A DNA stretch of 64,000 nucleotides from Candidatus Marinacidobacterium sp. (lineage in GTDB: Bacteria; Acidobacteriota; Vicinamibacteria; Marinacidobacterales; Marinacidobacteraceae). The notes under the pieces were generated by a model. That model was not told where the DNA came from, did no database searches, and was given only the letters and a program-made list of their open reading frames with translations. Position 1 is the first letter of the stretch; each line of letters starts with the position of its first letter. The stretch lies in contig OZ244852.1 of NCBI GenBank assembly GCA_965220965.1, forward strand, positions 2,240,001 through 2,304,000, read 5' to 3'. The translations under genes were made by a program, and so were the position numbers. Shown one piece after another: positions 54,561-64,000 of the stretch.

Positions 54561-55778
54561 TCACCCCGTCCATCCCAGCAACCGGACGAGCTGGACCAGC
54601 GAGAGGCCGGAGATGACGGCGACCACCAGGAAGCCCAGGACGTTCGCCAGCCGGGAGTTGCGGAACCGGCCCATGATCCGCTCGCGGTTCACGACCACCA
54701 GGAGCAGGATCAGGGTCAGCGGGAGCACGACCCCGTTGCCGGCCTGCGCCAGCAGAATGATCTGGTAGGGCGAGCCTCCGAGGAACACGCCCAGCGTCAC
54801 GCCGGTCAGCAGCACGAAGCCCCAGAGCATCCGGAACTTCGGACCCTTCAGGTCGGGGGCGACGCCGAGCGCGCCTCCCGCCGCATAAGCCGCCGCGAGC
54901 GGCGCGGTGATGGCCGAAGTGAGGCCGGCGGCGAAGAGACCCACCCCGAAGAACACCGGCGCGGCGCGCCCGAGGAGCGGCTCGAGCTGGCGCGCCACCG
55001 CGGCGGCGTTCGCGGCATCGGCCCCCTGCCCGAGGAGCGGCGAGGCGGCGACGACGATCGCCGCCGTGATGAACCCTCCGAGCGCCACCGAGACGAGCGT
55101 GTCCCGGCGGCTCTCCCGGATGTTGTCCGCATTGCGGCCGGAGTCCGGCCAGCGCTCCATCGTCGTGCTCGCGTGGAGGAAGAGGTTGTAGGAGACCACC
55201 GTCGTCCCGATGAGCGCCAGAACCGTGAGGAGCGCGCCGTCAGGAACCTGCGGGACGAAGAGCCCCGCCAGAAGCGCCGCGGGGCTTGGGGCGGTGAGGA
55301 TCGCGGTGAGACAGAACACGACGCCCATGAGGGCGACGAGCACCACCAGCGAGTTCTGGATCAGCCGGTAGGCGCCGGTCATGAGCAGGCTTCCGGCGAG
55401 CCCGCCCACGAGGAGGACGAGCAGCGGTTGCGGAACGCCGAAGAGCAGCGACATCCCGAGCGAGGCGCCGAGCAGGTTGCCGGTCTGGAACGCGGCGTTG
55501 CCGAGGAGGATCGTCGCCGCGATCAGACCGAGCATGAGCATCCGGACGCCGCGGTTCTCGAGGCTGTCGCGGATCGCTTCGGCGAGGCCGCGGCGGCTCG
55601 CAAGACCGACCCGCGCCGCCATGTCCTGGAGCACCACGGTGGCGACGACCGAGAACAGGACGGCCCACAGCAGGGCGGTCCCGTACCCCGCTCCCGCCCG
55701 GCTGGCGGTGACGACGGTCCCCGGCCCGATGAAGGCGGCCGTGACCAGGAAGCCGGGCCCCGCGCGGAAGCGGCTCAC
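54561..55778 (-). CDS. NRAMP-like divalent metal/solute transporter
   Basis: GPGFLVTAAFIGPGTV, GNAAFQTGN, LIGTTVVSYNLFLH and AAGLTSAITAP. GTGA overlap with the upstream gene. Confidence 0.85.
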   Translation of the reverse strand: MSRFRAGPGFLVTAAFIGPGTVVTASRAGAGYGTALLWAVLFSVVATVVLQDMAARVGLASRRGLAEAIRDSLENRGVRMLMLGLIAATILLGNAAFQTGNLLGASLGMSLLFGVPQPLLVLLVGGLAGSLLMTGAYRLIQNSLVVLVALMGVVFCLTAILTAPSPAALLAGLFVPQVPDGALLTVLALIGTTVVSYNLFLHASTTMERWPDSGRNADNIRESRRDTLVSVALGGFITAAIVVAASPLLGQGADAANAAAVARQLEPLLGRAAPVFFGVGLFAAGLTSAITAPLAAAYAAGGALGVAPDLKGPKFRMLWGFVLLTGVTLGVFLGGSPYQIILLAQAGNGVVLPLTLILLLVVVNRERIMGRFRNSRLANVLGFLVVAVISGLSLVQLVRLLGWTG

Positions 55779-57379
55779 GCCACGCTCTCCCCGGCGTCCC
55801 TCCGGATGATCGCGGCGGCGTTCCTTCCCGAGACGCCGTGGAGCCCGCCGTAGGGGTAGGTCCCCGGCCCGGCCAGATAAAGCCCCGCAACCGGAGTCCG
55901 ATGGCCGGAGTAGCCGGGAACCGGGCGAAGCGAGAAGAGCTGGTCCATGGTGGGCTCCCCCTGGTGAAAGCTCCCCTCGACGAGACCGAAATCCCGCTCG
56001 AGGAGGGCCGGAGTCAGCACCCGGTGGCCGATCACCAGATCGGCGAGCCCGGGGAACGCGACCTCGAGCGCCGCGATCGCGCGTCGGAGGATGGCGTCCG
56101 CCCGCCGGGCCGGGTCCGGGCCATCCGTCCACGGAACGGTCTGAACGGTGGCCGTCAGCAGATGGTGACCATCCGGCGCGAATCCGGCGGCGTGGAGCGA
56201 AGGCAGGCAGGCGAACACGAGCGGGTCGGCCGCGACCTCGCCGTACTTCGCGGCGTCGGCGGCCTGCTCGAGGTCGTCGAGCGAGGCGCCGATCTGGATC
56301 ACGCCCCGCAGCCGGGGATCGGATTCGGGGGGATCACCCCCGCGCAACCGGGGTAGCCCGGAAAGCAGCAGCCCGATGCGGGCGGCGGTTCCCCGGTAGC
56401 GGATGCGCCGCGCTTCGCGGGTGAAATCGGGCGAGAGCGCCGATGGCTCCGTCCATTCGAGCAGGGTCGTCCGCGGCGAAGCGTCCGAGAGGATGACCGG
56501 AGCGGCGATAGTCCGTCCGTCCCGCAGTTCGACTCCCCGCGCGCGGAGGGCGCCCCCCACCCGCTCGACCAGGATCCGCCGGACACCTCCGCCTTCGGTC
56601 GCGAACCGGGCCCCGGCGGCGCGAGCCGCCCGCCGAAGCGCCCGCCCCAGCCCGGCGGCCCCGCCGCGGGGCGGACGGATCCAGCCGAGCGGCCCGCCGG
56701 GGGCGAAGGCGTGGAAGTGGAGGAACATGCCGGCCGTCCCGGGAGCGCGGGGACCGAGCCGGATCCCGGTGAGCGCCGGCCCGGCGAGCGCCGCCTTCAG
56801 CGGCTGCGATTCGAACCGGTCATCGAGCAGGTCGCGCACCGCCATCGGCAGCATCTGCAGGAGGTCCGGGAGCCGGCGGCGACCGAGCCGGAGCGCCGCC
56901 CCCACCGCCGGAAGCGCGTCTTCGGCGCCGGAGTCGAACCCGAGCGGGGGGCGGGTGAGCAGTCGTCGAAGGAAGCCGGCGAAGTGGCCGAGTTCGGCGT
57001 TGAAGGCGCCGAAGGCGACCGCGTCAGCCACGGACAGCCCCGCGACCGCGAGCCGCGCCCGCTCGGGATCGCGCAGCAGCGCGAAGGGCTCCTCCCCACC
57101 CCGCGACACGACCGTCAGCACCGGGTCCGGCGCCAGCAGCTCGAGGCCGTGGTCGGGGAGTCCGAGAGCCTCGATCACCGAGGGGTCCGGGCCCGGAAGC
57201 GTCTCCGGCGCCACCGGAAACCGGGCGCCCGGCGCGATCTCGGCCTCGCCGAGCATCCCCCCGTTCCAGCGGGGTTCGGTGACGACCAGCGCGCGGCGGC
57301 CGGCGCCGGTCAGAAGCGCGGCCGCCGCCAGGGCGTCGGGCCCCCCGCCGACGAGGACGACGTCGAAGGGGCCGCGCAT
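55775..57379 (-). CDS. Phytoene-dehydrogenase-like FAD oxidoreductase (divergent paralogue)
   Basis: VVLVGGG, APGTAG, DAAKYG, TPVAGLYLAGPGTYPYGG and GRNAA. Confidence 0.85.
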   Translation of the reverse strand: MRGPFDVVLVGGGPDALAAAALLTGAGRRALVVTEPRWNGGMLGEAEIAPGARFPVAPETLPGPDPSVIEALGLPDHGLELLAPDPVLTVVSRGGEEPFALLRDPERARLAVAGLSVADAVAFGAFNAELGHFAGFLRRLLTRPPLGFDSGAEDALPAVGAALRLGRRRLPDLLQMLPMAVRDLLDDRFESQPLKAALAGPALTGIRLGPRAPGTAGMFLHFHAFAPGGPLGWIRPPRGGAAGLGRALRRAARAAGARFATEGGGVRRILVERVGGALRARGVELRDGRTIAAPVILSDASPRTTLLEWTEPSALSPDFTREARRIRYRGTAARIGLLLSGLPRLRGGDPPESDPRLRGVIQIGASLDDLEQAADAAKYGEVAADPLVFACLPSLHAAGFAPDGHHLLTATVQTVPWTDGPDPARRADAILRRAIAALEVAFPGLADLVIGHRVLTPALLERDFGLVEGSFHQGEPTMDQLFSLRPVPGYSGHRTPVAGLYLAGPGTYPYGGLHGVSGRNAAAIIRRDAGESVA

Positions 57380-57382
57380 GCC

Positions 57383-58975
57383 TCAGGCCCTCGCGCCCGC
57401 CGCCTGAAGCATCGCGTCGGCGCCGAGCTTGCCCGGAGCGCCCATGACGCCGCCGCCGGGGTGCGCGCCGGAGCCGCACAGGAACAGACCGTGGATCGGC
57501 GTGTGGAACTGCGCCCAGCCGGCGGCGGGACGGAGGAAGAACAACTGATCGAGACCGAGCTCGCCCTGGAAGATGTTCCCCTCGGTGAGGCCGGTGCGGC
57601 GCTCGATGTCCAGCGGGGTCAGAACCTGCCGTTCGAGGATGATGTCGGGGAGGTTCGGCGCGTAACGCGACAGCGTCCGGATCACCGTGTCCCCGAAGAC
57701 GTCGCGCTGGGCGTCCCAGTCCGGATCCCCGGCGCGAAGCGCGTAGGGCGCGTACTGCACGAAGATGGACATCACGTGCTTGCCGGGAGGCGCCATTCCC
57801 GGATCGAGAAGCGACGGGATCAGCACGTCCAGATAGGGCTCCCGGGAGAAGCGGCCGTACTTGGCGTCGTCGTAGGCCCGCTCCATGGTGGCCCGGTCCG
57901 GACTGATCGAGATGGCCCCCTGGAGGTGCGGGCCGCGGCCCGGCATCGCGGTGAAGTCGGGGAGAGCGTCGAGGGCGAGATTCACCTTCCCCGACGACCC
58001 GCGGAGCCGGTACCGCCGGATCTGGTCGAGGAACTCCGTGGGCAACTCGTCCGGATCGGCGAGCCGCAGGAAGGTCCGGTGCGGGTCGAGGCTGGAGCCG
58101 ACCTGGTCGGCGAAGACCTCCTCGCCGTCCTCGAGGACGACCCCGGCGACGCGGCCGGACCGGGACAGGATCCGGTCGACGCCCGCGCCGGTCCGGACGT
58201 CCGCCCCGAAGGCGCGGGCGGAGGACGCGAGCGCCTCGGCCACCGCCCCCATCCCGCCGCGGGCGAAGCCCCACGAACGGGAGGCGCCGTCGATCTCCCC
58301 CATGTAGTGGTGGAGGAGGACGTAGGCGGTCCCGGGGGACATGACGCCGAGGAACGTGCCGATGATGCCGCTCGCGCACATCGTCGCCTTGAGCGCTTCC
58401 GTCTCGAACCAGCGGTCGAGGTAGTCGCTCGCGCTGGAGGTCATGAGCCGGGCCAGCTCGTGGGCGCGCTCCTCCCCGAGCGATGCGAAGTGCTGCGCGA
58501 GCCCGAGGAGACCGCGCACCTCGCGGAGCCGGGGAGACCCGAGCTTCGGTGGGCGCAGCATGAGCAGATCGCGCACCGCACGGCTCATCTGATGCATCCG
58601 CAGCCCGAAGAGCGGGTAGTTGTCGGCGTCGCGCCGGGAGAACCCGAGGAGCGACTCGCGGGTCCGCGCCGGGTCGTGCCACCGGGTCAGGGCGCGCCCG
58701 TCGGGAAGCGGGGTGAACGTTCCGTCGAGCGGCTGAAGCTGGAGGCCGTGGCGGGCGAGATCGAGGTCCGCGATGATCTGCGGCCGGAGCAGGCTCACCA
58801 CATAGGAGAAGACCGAGACGGTGAAGCCCGGGAGGATCTCCTCGCTGAGAGTCGCGCCGCCCACCCGCTCGTTCTTCTCGAGAAGCAGCACTCGCCGGCC
58901 GGCCCGCGCCAGGTAGGCGGCCGCGATCAGGCCGTTGTGCCCGCCGCCGATGACGATGTCGTCGTAGCGCTTCAC
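57383..58975 (-). CDS. Phytoene-dehydrogenase-like FAD oxidoreductase (COG1233/PYROXD2-like)
   Basis: IVIGGGHNGLIAAAYLA...LLEK, PGTAYVLLHH, GNIFQGE and CGSGAHPGGGVMGAPG. Alternative start at 59002. Confidence 0.9.
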   Translation of the reverse strand: MKRYDDIVIGGGHNGLIAAAYLARAGRRVLLLEKNERVGGATLSEEILPGFTVSVFSYVVSLLRPQIIADLDLARHGLQLQPLDGTFTPLPDGRALTRWHDPARTRESLLGFSRRDADNYPLFGLRMHQMSRAVRDLLMLRPPKLGSPRLREVRGLLGLAQHFASLGEERAHELARLMTSSASDYLDRWFETEALKATMCASGIIGTFLGVMSPGTAYVLLHHYMGEIDGASRSWGFARGGMGAVAEALASSARAFGADVRTGAGVDRILSRSGRVAGVVLEDGEEVFADQVGSSLDPHRTFLRLADPDELPTEFLDQIRRYRLRGSSGKVNLALDALPDFTAMPGRGPHLQGAISISPDRATMERAYDDAKYGRFSREPYLDVLIPSLLDPGMAPPGKHVMSIFVQYAPYALRAGDPDWDAQRDVFGDTVIRTLSRYAPNLPDIILERQVLTPLDIERRTGLTEGNIFQGELGLDQLFFLRPAAGWAQFHTPIHGLFLCGSGAHPGGGVMGAPGKLGADAMLQAAGARA

Positions 58976-59042
58976 GGATGGGTGGGCGGGCGCCGGAGCC
59001 ACCGCAACTGGAGGGGCGGACGGACTCGGTTTCCGGCCGGGG

Positions 59043-60491
59043 CTACTCGAGCCCGACGAGCCCCCGGACCGAGGCGATCAGCTTCGCCGAGTCATAGCCG
59101 ACGCCGTCCTTGAACACGGTCACCACGTTCCGGATCTGGAACGGATCGGCCACCGGGTCGCCGTCGATCAGCACGAGGTCGGCGATCTTTCCGGCCTCGA
59201 TGCTGCCGAGGTCGTCGTCGACTCCCAGGACCCGCGCGCCGTTCAGACTCATGATCTGGAGCGCCTGCGCCGGGGTGAACTCCGCTTCGAGCAGCAACTC
59301 GTAGTTCCGCTGGTCGCCGAATCCGGGGAGCGCCCCGCCGTTTCCGGTGGGGTCCACCCCGGCGGCGAGCAGCCCGCCGGCATGGAAGAACTTGTATTCG
59401 AACCGCTGGGCCTTGGGAAAGAGATCGAGGAAGACGGCGTCCTGCGCCTGGGCGATCTCCTCGCGGCGCGCCAGGTACTCATCACGGGCCCCCGGCGCCA
59501 GCGCTTCCAGATTGCGGTCCTCGAGCGGCGGCCGCCCGGGAACGGACAGCTCGTAGACCGCCAGCGTCGAGGTCATGGCCACCTCGTTGTCCACCATGTG
59601 CGAGATCGTGTCGTCCACCTCCTCCGAGTCCACATCGAGCTCGCGGAGCGTGCCGCGGAAATCGGGAGGGCATTCGTCGGGCGCTTTGCTCGCGTGGTAC
59701 TCGGTGTTCGTGAAGAAACCGTGCTCCAGCGCGTCGATCCCGAGATCCACCGCCTCGCGGAAGGTGACGGAGCAGAGGTGGCCGGTGAAGCGGAGTCCGT
59801 GGCGGTGCGCTTCCTCGATGGCGGCGCCGAGTTCGGCGCGCGAGATCCGGGTGTAGGCCTTGAACCAGGTGGCGCCCTCTTCGGCCCAGTAGGCGACGAC
59901 CCGGCGGGCGTCCTCCGGGCTCGCGACCTGGGTCATGTAGGTGCTCGCTCCGGCCCCGGAGATGTAGGGACCGGTGATGTGCATCCGGGGCCCCACGATC
60001 TCGCCCGCGTCGATGGCCCGGCGCATGTTGATCTCGCTGTAGGGGGAGTAGCTGCCGGTCGTGCGGATGGTGGTGACGCCCGACGCCAGGTAGAGCCGCG
60101 GCGAGGTGGTGTTCATCTGCGAGTGCCGCGCCGCCGTCGTGTAGAAGGTGTGGTTGTGGACCCCGACGATCCCCGGGATCAGGGTGTGCCCGGAACCGTC
60201 GATCCGCCGGGCCCCGGCGGGAACGTCGACCTCGCCATCGGGCCCGAGCGCCGCGATCCGGCGGTCCTCGATGAGCACCGTCTGTCCCGACCGCGGCGGC
60301 GCTCCGGTCCCATCCACGACCTGCACTCCGGTGATCGCGATCACCGGGTCGTCGTACGCGACGAAGGCGCGGGCGCGCGGACCCAGTTCGGCGGCGGACT
60401 GGGCCGCCGCGGCGGAAGCCAGGAGGAGGGCGAGCGCGGCGCCCGCGCCCGCCCGCCGGACTCGCTGGTGAACTCCCGGAGTGTCGGTCAT
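59043..60491 (-). CDS. Secreted amidohydrolase (imidazolonepropionase-like)
   Basis: IDGSGHTLIPGIVGVHNH, SGVTTIRTTGS, LEHG and GSIEAGKIADLVLIDGDP. Confidence 0.88.
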   Translation of the reverse strand: MTDTPGVHQRVRRAGAGAALALLLASAAAAQSAAELGPRARAFVAYDDPVIAITGVQVVDGTGAPPRSGQTVLIEDRRIAALGPDGEVDVPAGARRIDGSGHTLIPGIVGVHNHTFYTTAARHSQMNTTSPRLYLASGVTTIRTTGSYSPYSEINMRRAIDAGEIVGPRMHITGPYISGAGASTYMTQVASPEDARRVVAYWAEEGATWFKAYTRISRAELGAAIEEAHRHGLRFTGHLCSVTFREAVDLGIDALEHGFFTNTEYHASKAPDECPPDFRGTLRELDVDSEEVDDTISHMVDNEVAMTSTLAVYELSVPGRPPLEDRNLEALAPGARDEYLARREEIAQAQDAVFLDLFPKAQRFEYKFFHAGGLLAAGVDPTGNGGALPGFGDQRNYELLLEAEFTPAQALQIMSLNGARVLGVDDDLGSIEAGKIADLVLIDGDPVADPFQIRNVVTVFKDGVGYDSAKLIASVRGLVGLE

Positions 60492-60651
60492 CTGCGCCTC
60501 CCTGACGGCGCCGGCCCCTCCGAAGACCCGGAGGCCGGAACGGACCGATGGTAGCAGTCCGCCACGACCGGCCCGGCCGCTCCCCGGGCCGGCGTTCGCA
60601 GGCGCTCGAGACCGGATTCGTGCGACAATTCCCGGGCTTGGCTCCCGACTG

Positions 60652-62052
60652 ATGACCCCGCTGCTCCGCACCCCGCTGCTGCTCTCGGCGAGCCTTCTGC
60701 TCGCCGCCGCCTCGACCGCAGCCGTCCAGGAGGAGGCCGCGCCGCTGAGCGCGCCCGCCCCGGAGGGGAGCGGGTCGTACTCGCTGAGCGCCGCGCCGGA
60801 CGGATCGGCGTTCCTGTCGTGGGTCGAACCGGCGGGAGAGGGACACGCGCTGCGTTTTGCGGAACTCGTCCGGGAGGGGACTCCCCTCCCGAATCCGGAC
60901 GGTTCCCCGGCGGCGCCCGCCGGGGAAGGCGCCGCGGCCCCGGAGGGCGAGGAAGCGCCCGAGCCGGAGGTGGCGGATGCGGACCAGTGGGGTCCGGCCC
61001 GCGAGATCGCTTCCGGATCCGGCTGGTTCGTGAACTGGGCCGACCATCCCGCCATTGCCTCGGTCGGCGCGAACCTGCTCGCCGCCCACTGGCTGGAGAG
61101 GAACCCGGCGGGAGACGGCCACTACGGCTACGGCTTCCGCATCGTGTTTTCGGGCGACCGGGGCGCGACCTGGCGCGAGGTGTTCTCCACCGGTCTCGAC
61201 CTGGTCGAGGGGTACGCCGGTTTCGTGTCCTACACAACCGAGACCGGCGGCTTCTCGGCGGCCTATCTGACACCTCCGAGGTGGGGGAAGCGCGAACCGG
61301 GGGACTTTTCGCTGCGGGTGGCGCGATTCCACGAGCAGGGCTACCACCTGGCCGATCAGCGGGTCGACGCCGATGTGTGCAGTTGCTGTCCCACTGGCAT
61401 GGCCACCGTCGGCGGAGAGCCGTTCGTCGTCTACCGGGACCGGGTCCGCAACCCGCCCGAGGACGATGTGCGCGACATCGCGATTTCGCGCAAGCGCCGG
61501 GGCCGCTGGGAACCGGCGAAGCCGGTCCACGCCGATGGCTGGGGCATCAACGCCTGTCCGGTGAACGGCCCGGCAGTCGCCGCCCGCGATGACGGCGGGG
61601 TCGTCGCCGTTTGGTTCACCGCGGCCGGGGACCGTCCGGAGGTCCGCATCGCGTTTTCGCTGAACGGCGGGGAGAGTTTCGAAGCGCCGGCGGTCCTCGA
61701 CAGCGGAGATCCCCAGGGCTACGCAGCGGTGACCCGGCTCGACGACGGAAGCGCCGCGGCGGTGTGGCTCGAGCGCGTCGCCGAGGGACGGGCGGAAGTC
61801 CGGTTGCGGCGCGCCTGGGCGGACGGACGCCTCGGTCCGCCGCTGCGGGTGGCGGAAACCCCATCCGGACGGGCCGCCGGAATGCTCCAGGTCGCGCGGG
61901 TCGCGGATCCGCTCCCGACCCCGGAGGAAGGCGAAGAGCCCCCCGAAGAGGACGCTCCCCCGCCGCTGGCGACCGGCGAACGGCTCGTGGTGGCCTGGGC
62001 GGACGGCGGCGTCAGGACCGCCGTCGTCCCGATCGCCGCGCTCGAACCCTGA
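60652..62052 (+). CDS. Secreted BNR/sialidase-like propeller protein with Cys motifs
   Basis: FVNWADHP, Asp-boxes SGDRGATW and SLNGGESF, DVCSCC and WGINACPVNGP. Confidence 0.78.
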   Translation: MTPLLRTPLLLSASLLLAAASTAAVQEEAAPLSAPAPEGSGSYSLSAAPDGSAFLSWVEPAGEGHALRFAELVREGTPLPNPDGSPAAPAGEGAAAPEGEEAPEPEVADADQWGPAREIASGSGWFVNWADHPAIASVGANLLAAHWLERNPAGDGHYGYGFRIVFSGDRGATWREVFSTGLDLVEGYAGFVSYTTETGGFSAAYLTPPRWGKREPGDFSLRVARFHEQGYHLADQRVDADVCSCCPTGMATVGGEPFVVYRDRVRNPPEDDVRDIAISRKRRGRWEPAKPVHADGWGINACPVNGPAVAARDDGGVVAVWFTAAGDRPEVRIAFSLNGGESFEAPAVLDSGDPQGYAAVTRLDDGSAAAVWLERVAEGRAEVRLRRAWADGRLGPPLRVAETPSGRAAGMLQVARVADPLPTPEEGEEPPEEDAPPPLATGERLVVAWADGGVRTAVVPIAALEP

Positions 62053-62088
62053 TCCCGGGGGCGGCGGAGGCCGACGCCCGCAACCCCG

Positions 62089-64000
62089 CTACGGGTCGAC
62101 TCCGAAGACGAAGCTCATGCCGGCTTCGAGGTGCTCGGCGATGTGGCAGTGGGCCATCCACTCCCCCGGGTTCGTGATCTCCAGAAGGATGTCCACCGTC
62201 TCTCCCGCCGGGATGAGCAGCGTGTCCTTGAAGACCTGATTCGTCACCGGCGAGCCGTTGCGGGCCACGATCAGGAACCGCTGGCCGTGGATGTGGAAGG
62301 GGTGCTGCATGGCGTGCATCGCGGCGGCGTCGTTGCCGATCCGGATGCGGACAAGGTCCCCGACCCGGAAGCGCCAGTCGATCTCTCCGTTCTCGCGCCC
62401 GGTCGCCGGCTCCCGCACGATCCAGCGCGCCTCCTCCGGCGTCGCCACCGAGTTCATCATCGGCATCGTGTCCGCCCATTCGACCGCCGGAAAGAACACC
62501 CGGTCGGCGCGCATCCGCTGCATGATGGCCGGATCCAGCCCCGACACCTCGAGCGTCAGGAGCAGCTCCTTGTCCGGCGGGTCATCGAAGCGCTCCCGGT
62601 AACGGGCCACATCGGCGCGAACCTCCTCGTTCGTCCGCAGCCGGTCCCAATCCGGGGCGACGGAAACATCCGCCGCGTCATCGAGCACCCTGACCGCGCC
62701 CAGGGGCGTGACCCGGGAGAAATAGCTCCCGAAGGTGTGTTCGAGCGCGCGAACCCGGTTCTCCACCTGGTGCTCCCCTGGCTCGTCGTAGCGGACCTCG
62801 ACGATGTAGCGCTCCGCGGGAGCGAGGGCGACGGAATCCACCCACTCCTCGCGCTCGAACATCGACAGGTCGGACCCCACGACCTTCACCCGGTGCGTCC
62901 CCGGCTCGCCGAAGGACAGGTTGAAGGTCCGCGTGTTGGAGACATTCGTCAGGAAGAAGCGGATCACCTCGCCACGCGCCACCTCGAGTTCGTAACGGGG
63001 CTCCCCGTTCACGAGCATCAGATTGCCGAAGCGCCCCATGAGCGCGTGTGTGGCCCGCTCCTCGCCCCACGGGTAGAGCCCGCCGTCGTCGGCCAGCAGC
63101 AGGTCGTCCAGCATGAGGACTTCCTCGCGGTGGACCGGGGGGTACCAGACCGGCGCCGGCGCCTCGACGAGCATGTTCCCGTAGAGGCCGAGATCCTGCT
63201 GGACTTCCTCGCGGTGGTGCGGGTGGTACCAGTAGAGGCCGGCGTCGGGGAAGTGGAGCCGGTACCGGAACCGGCCCCCGGGGGGGACCGGGTCCTGCGT
63301 CAGCCCAGGCACGCCGTCAAAGGCGTTGTCGAGACGGAGGCCGTGCCAGTGGACCGCGGTCGGCCAGCGTGTCCGATTCTCGAAGTTCACGAAAACCGTC
63401 GCGCTCTGGTCCACATGGATCAGCGGGCCGGGGTACTGCCCGTTGAAGCCGTACATCAGGTACTCGCGGCCGTGGATGCGGCGCCGGACCTGCCGGGCGA
63501 TCAGGTCGAGGGTCTGCCCGTCCTGAAGACGGACGACGCGCGACGGGGTCGCTTCGGGAACCTCCTCGCCCGTCGCGAGCCGCGGCAGGAAGGGAAGCGG
63601 GGCCGGACGCAGCCTCCCCAGCCCGGGGATCATCGGCGTCTCGGGGAGCATCGGCGGATGCGGCCACCCGGGCGTGTCCGCAGGGGTCCCGTGGCCCATC
63701 GCCGCATGGTCCATCCCCTCATGCCCGGCGGCGTCGGCCCCGGCTTCGCCGCTGCCGCTGACCGGCACCATGAGGTGGTTGTCGGGCAGGATCCGGGTCG
63801 AGGGCGAAGCGCCGCGCAGGACGAGCCGTCCGGCGCGGGTCTCGACCTCGGGTGAGGCTTCCGCGCTGACCAGGAGGACAAACTTGTCGAAGTCCACGAC
63901 CCCCATGTCGGGGAACGAGCCGTTTCCGACCTCTCCGAGCGCGATGACCGGGTCCATGACGGGTGTGGTGGCCCAGGCCACGTAGGTCCGGTAATCGCCG
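62089..64000 (-). CDS. Multicopper oxidase (5' end outside window)
   Basis: All four Cu motifs present: HWHG, YWYHPH, HPFHIHG and HCHIAEHLEAGM. His/Met-rich linker GHEGMDHAAMGH. Confidence 0.94.
   Translation of the reverse strand, partial: GDYRTYVAWATTPVMDPVIALGEVGNGSFPDMGVVDFDKFVLLVSAEASPEVETRAGRLVLRGASPSTRILPDNHLMVPVSGSGEAGADAAGHEGMDHAAMGHGTPADTPGWPHPPMLPETPMIPGLGRLRPAPLPFLPRLATGEEVPEATPSRVVRLQDGQTLDLIARQVRRRIHGREYLMYGFNGQYPGPLIHVDQSATVFVNFENRTRWPTAVHWHGLRLDNAFDGVPGLTQDPVPPGGRFRYRLHFPDAGLYWYHPHHREEVQQDLGLYGNMLVEAPAPVWYPPVHREEVLMLDDLLLADDGGLYPWGEERATHALMGRFGNLMLVNGEPRYELEVARGEVIRFFLTNVSNTRTFNLSFGEPGTHRVKVVGSDLSMFEREEWVDSVALAPAERYIVEVRYDEPGEHQVENRVRALEHTFGSYFSRVTPLGAVRVLDDAADVSVAPDWDRLRTNEEVRADVARYRERFDDPPDKELLLTLEVSGLDPAIMQRMRADRVFFPAVEWADTMPMMNSVATPEEARWIVREPATGRENGEIDWRFRVGDLVRIRIGNDAAAMHAMQHPFHIHGQRFLIVARNGSPVTNQVFKDTLLIPAGETVDILLEITNPGEWMAHCHIAEHLEAGMSFVFGVDP

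Noticed and set aside
55775-58975. Carotenoid biosynthesis (crtI) cluster
   Set aside because: No crtB, crtE or crtY nearby, and the motifs fit the broader COG1233/PYROXD2-like group.
1-64000. High frequency of CTCGAG and similar palindromic hexamers
   Set aside because: Explained by Leu-Glu (CTC GAG) codon pairs in GC-rich genes. Not evidence of a repeat family without a statistical test.

Overview
A very GC-rich bacterial chromosome segment. The Oar-type TonB-dependent receptor, VPS10/BNR proteins, many secreted hydrolases and the Na+-NQR complex suggest a marine, possibly host-associated Acidobacteriota/Gemmatimonadota-like organism; this is inference only. About 52 genes can be supported, and most long antisense ORFs in the track are GC-rich shadow frames. 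Backbone genes: rnd (partial), an NhaC-family antiporter, a eukaryote-like phhA, a GAF-PP2C phosphatase, metal/heme genes (cutA, heme oxygenase, VIT1, NRAMP-like, multicopper oxidase), NfeD/SPFH, peptidases and amidohydrolases, an MdlAB-like ABC exporter and a complete nqrABCDEF-apbE-nqrM cluster. The nqr cluster is interrupted twice, by an oppositely oriented ARPP-1-like gene between nqrB and nqrC and by a dcm-vsr pair between apbE and nqrM. apbE appears to lack a canonical start codon. A lower-GC islet (~49.7-54.5 kb) carries a stand-alone DprA/ShosA-like gene, a DUF4062 (TIR-like) gene and an intact IS21 element with a 5-bp target duplication. A recurring theme is that protective halves of toxin/defence modules are present without their toxic partners. 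No rRNA, tRNA or CRISPR array was seen. All family calls come from motif recognition by eye, not from database searches.
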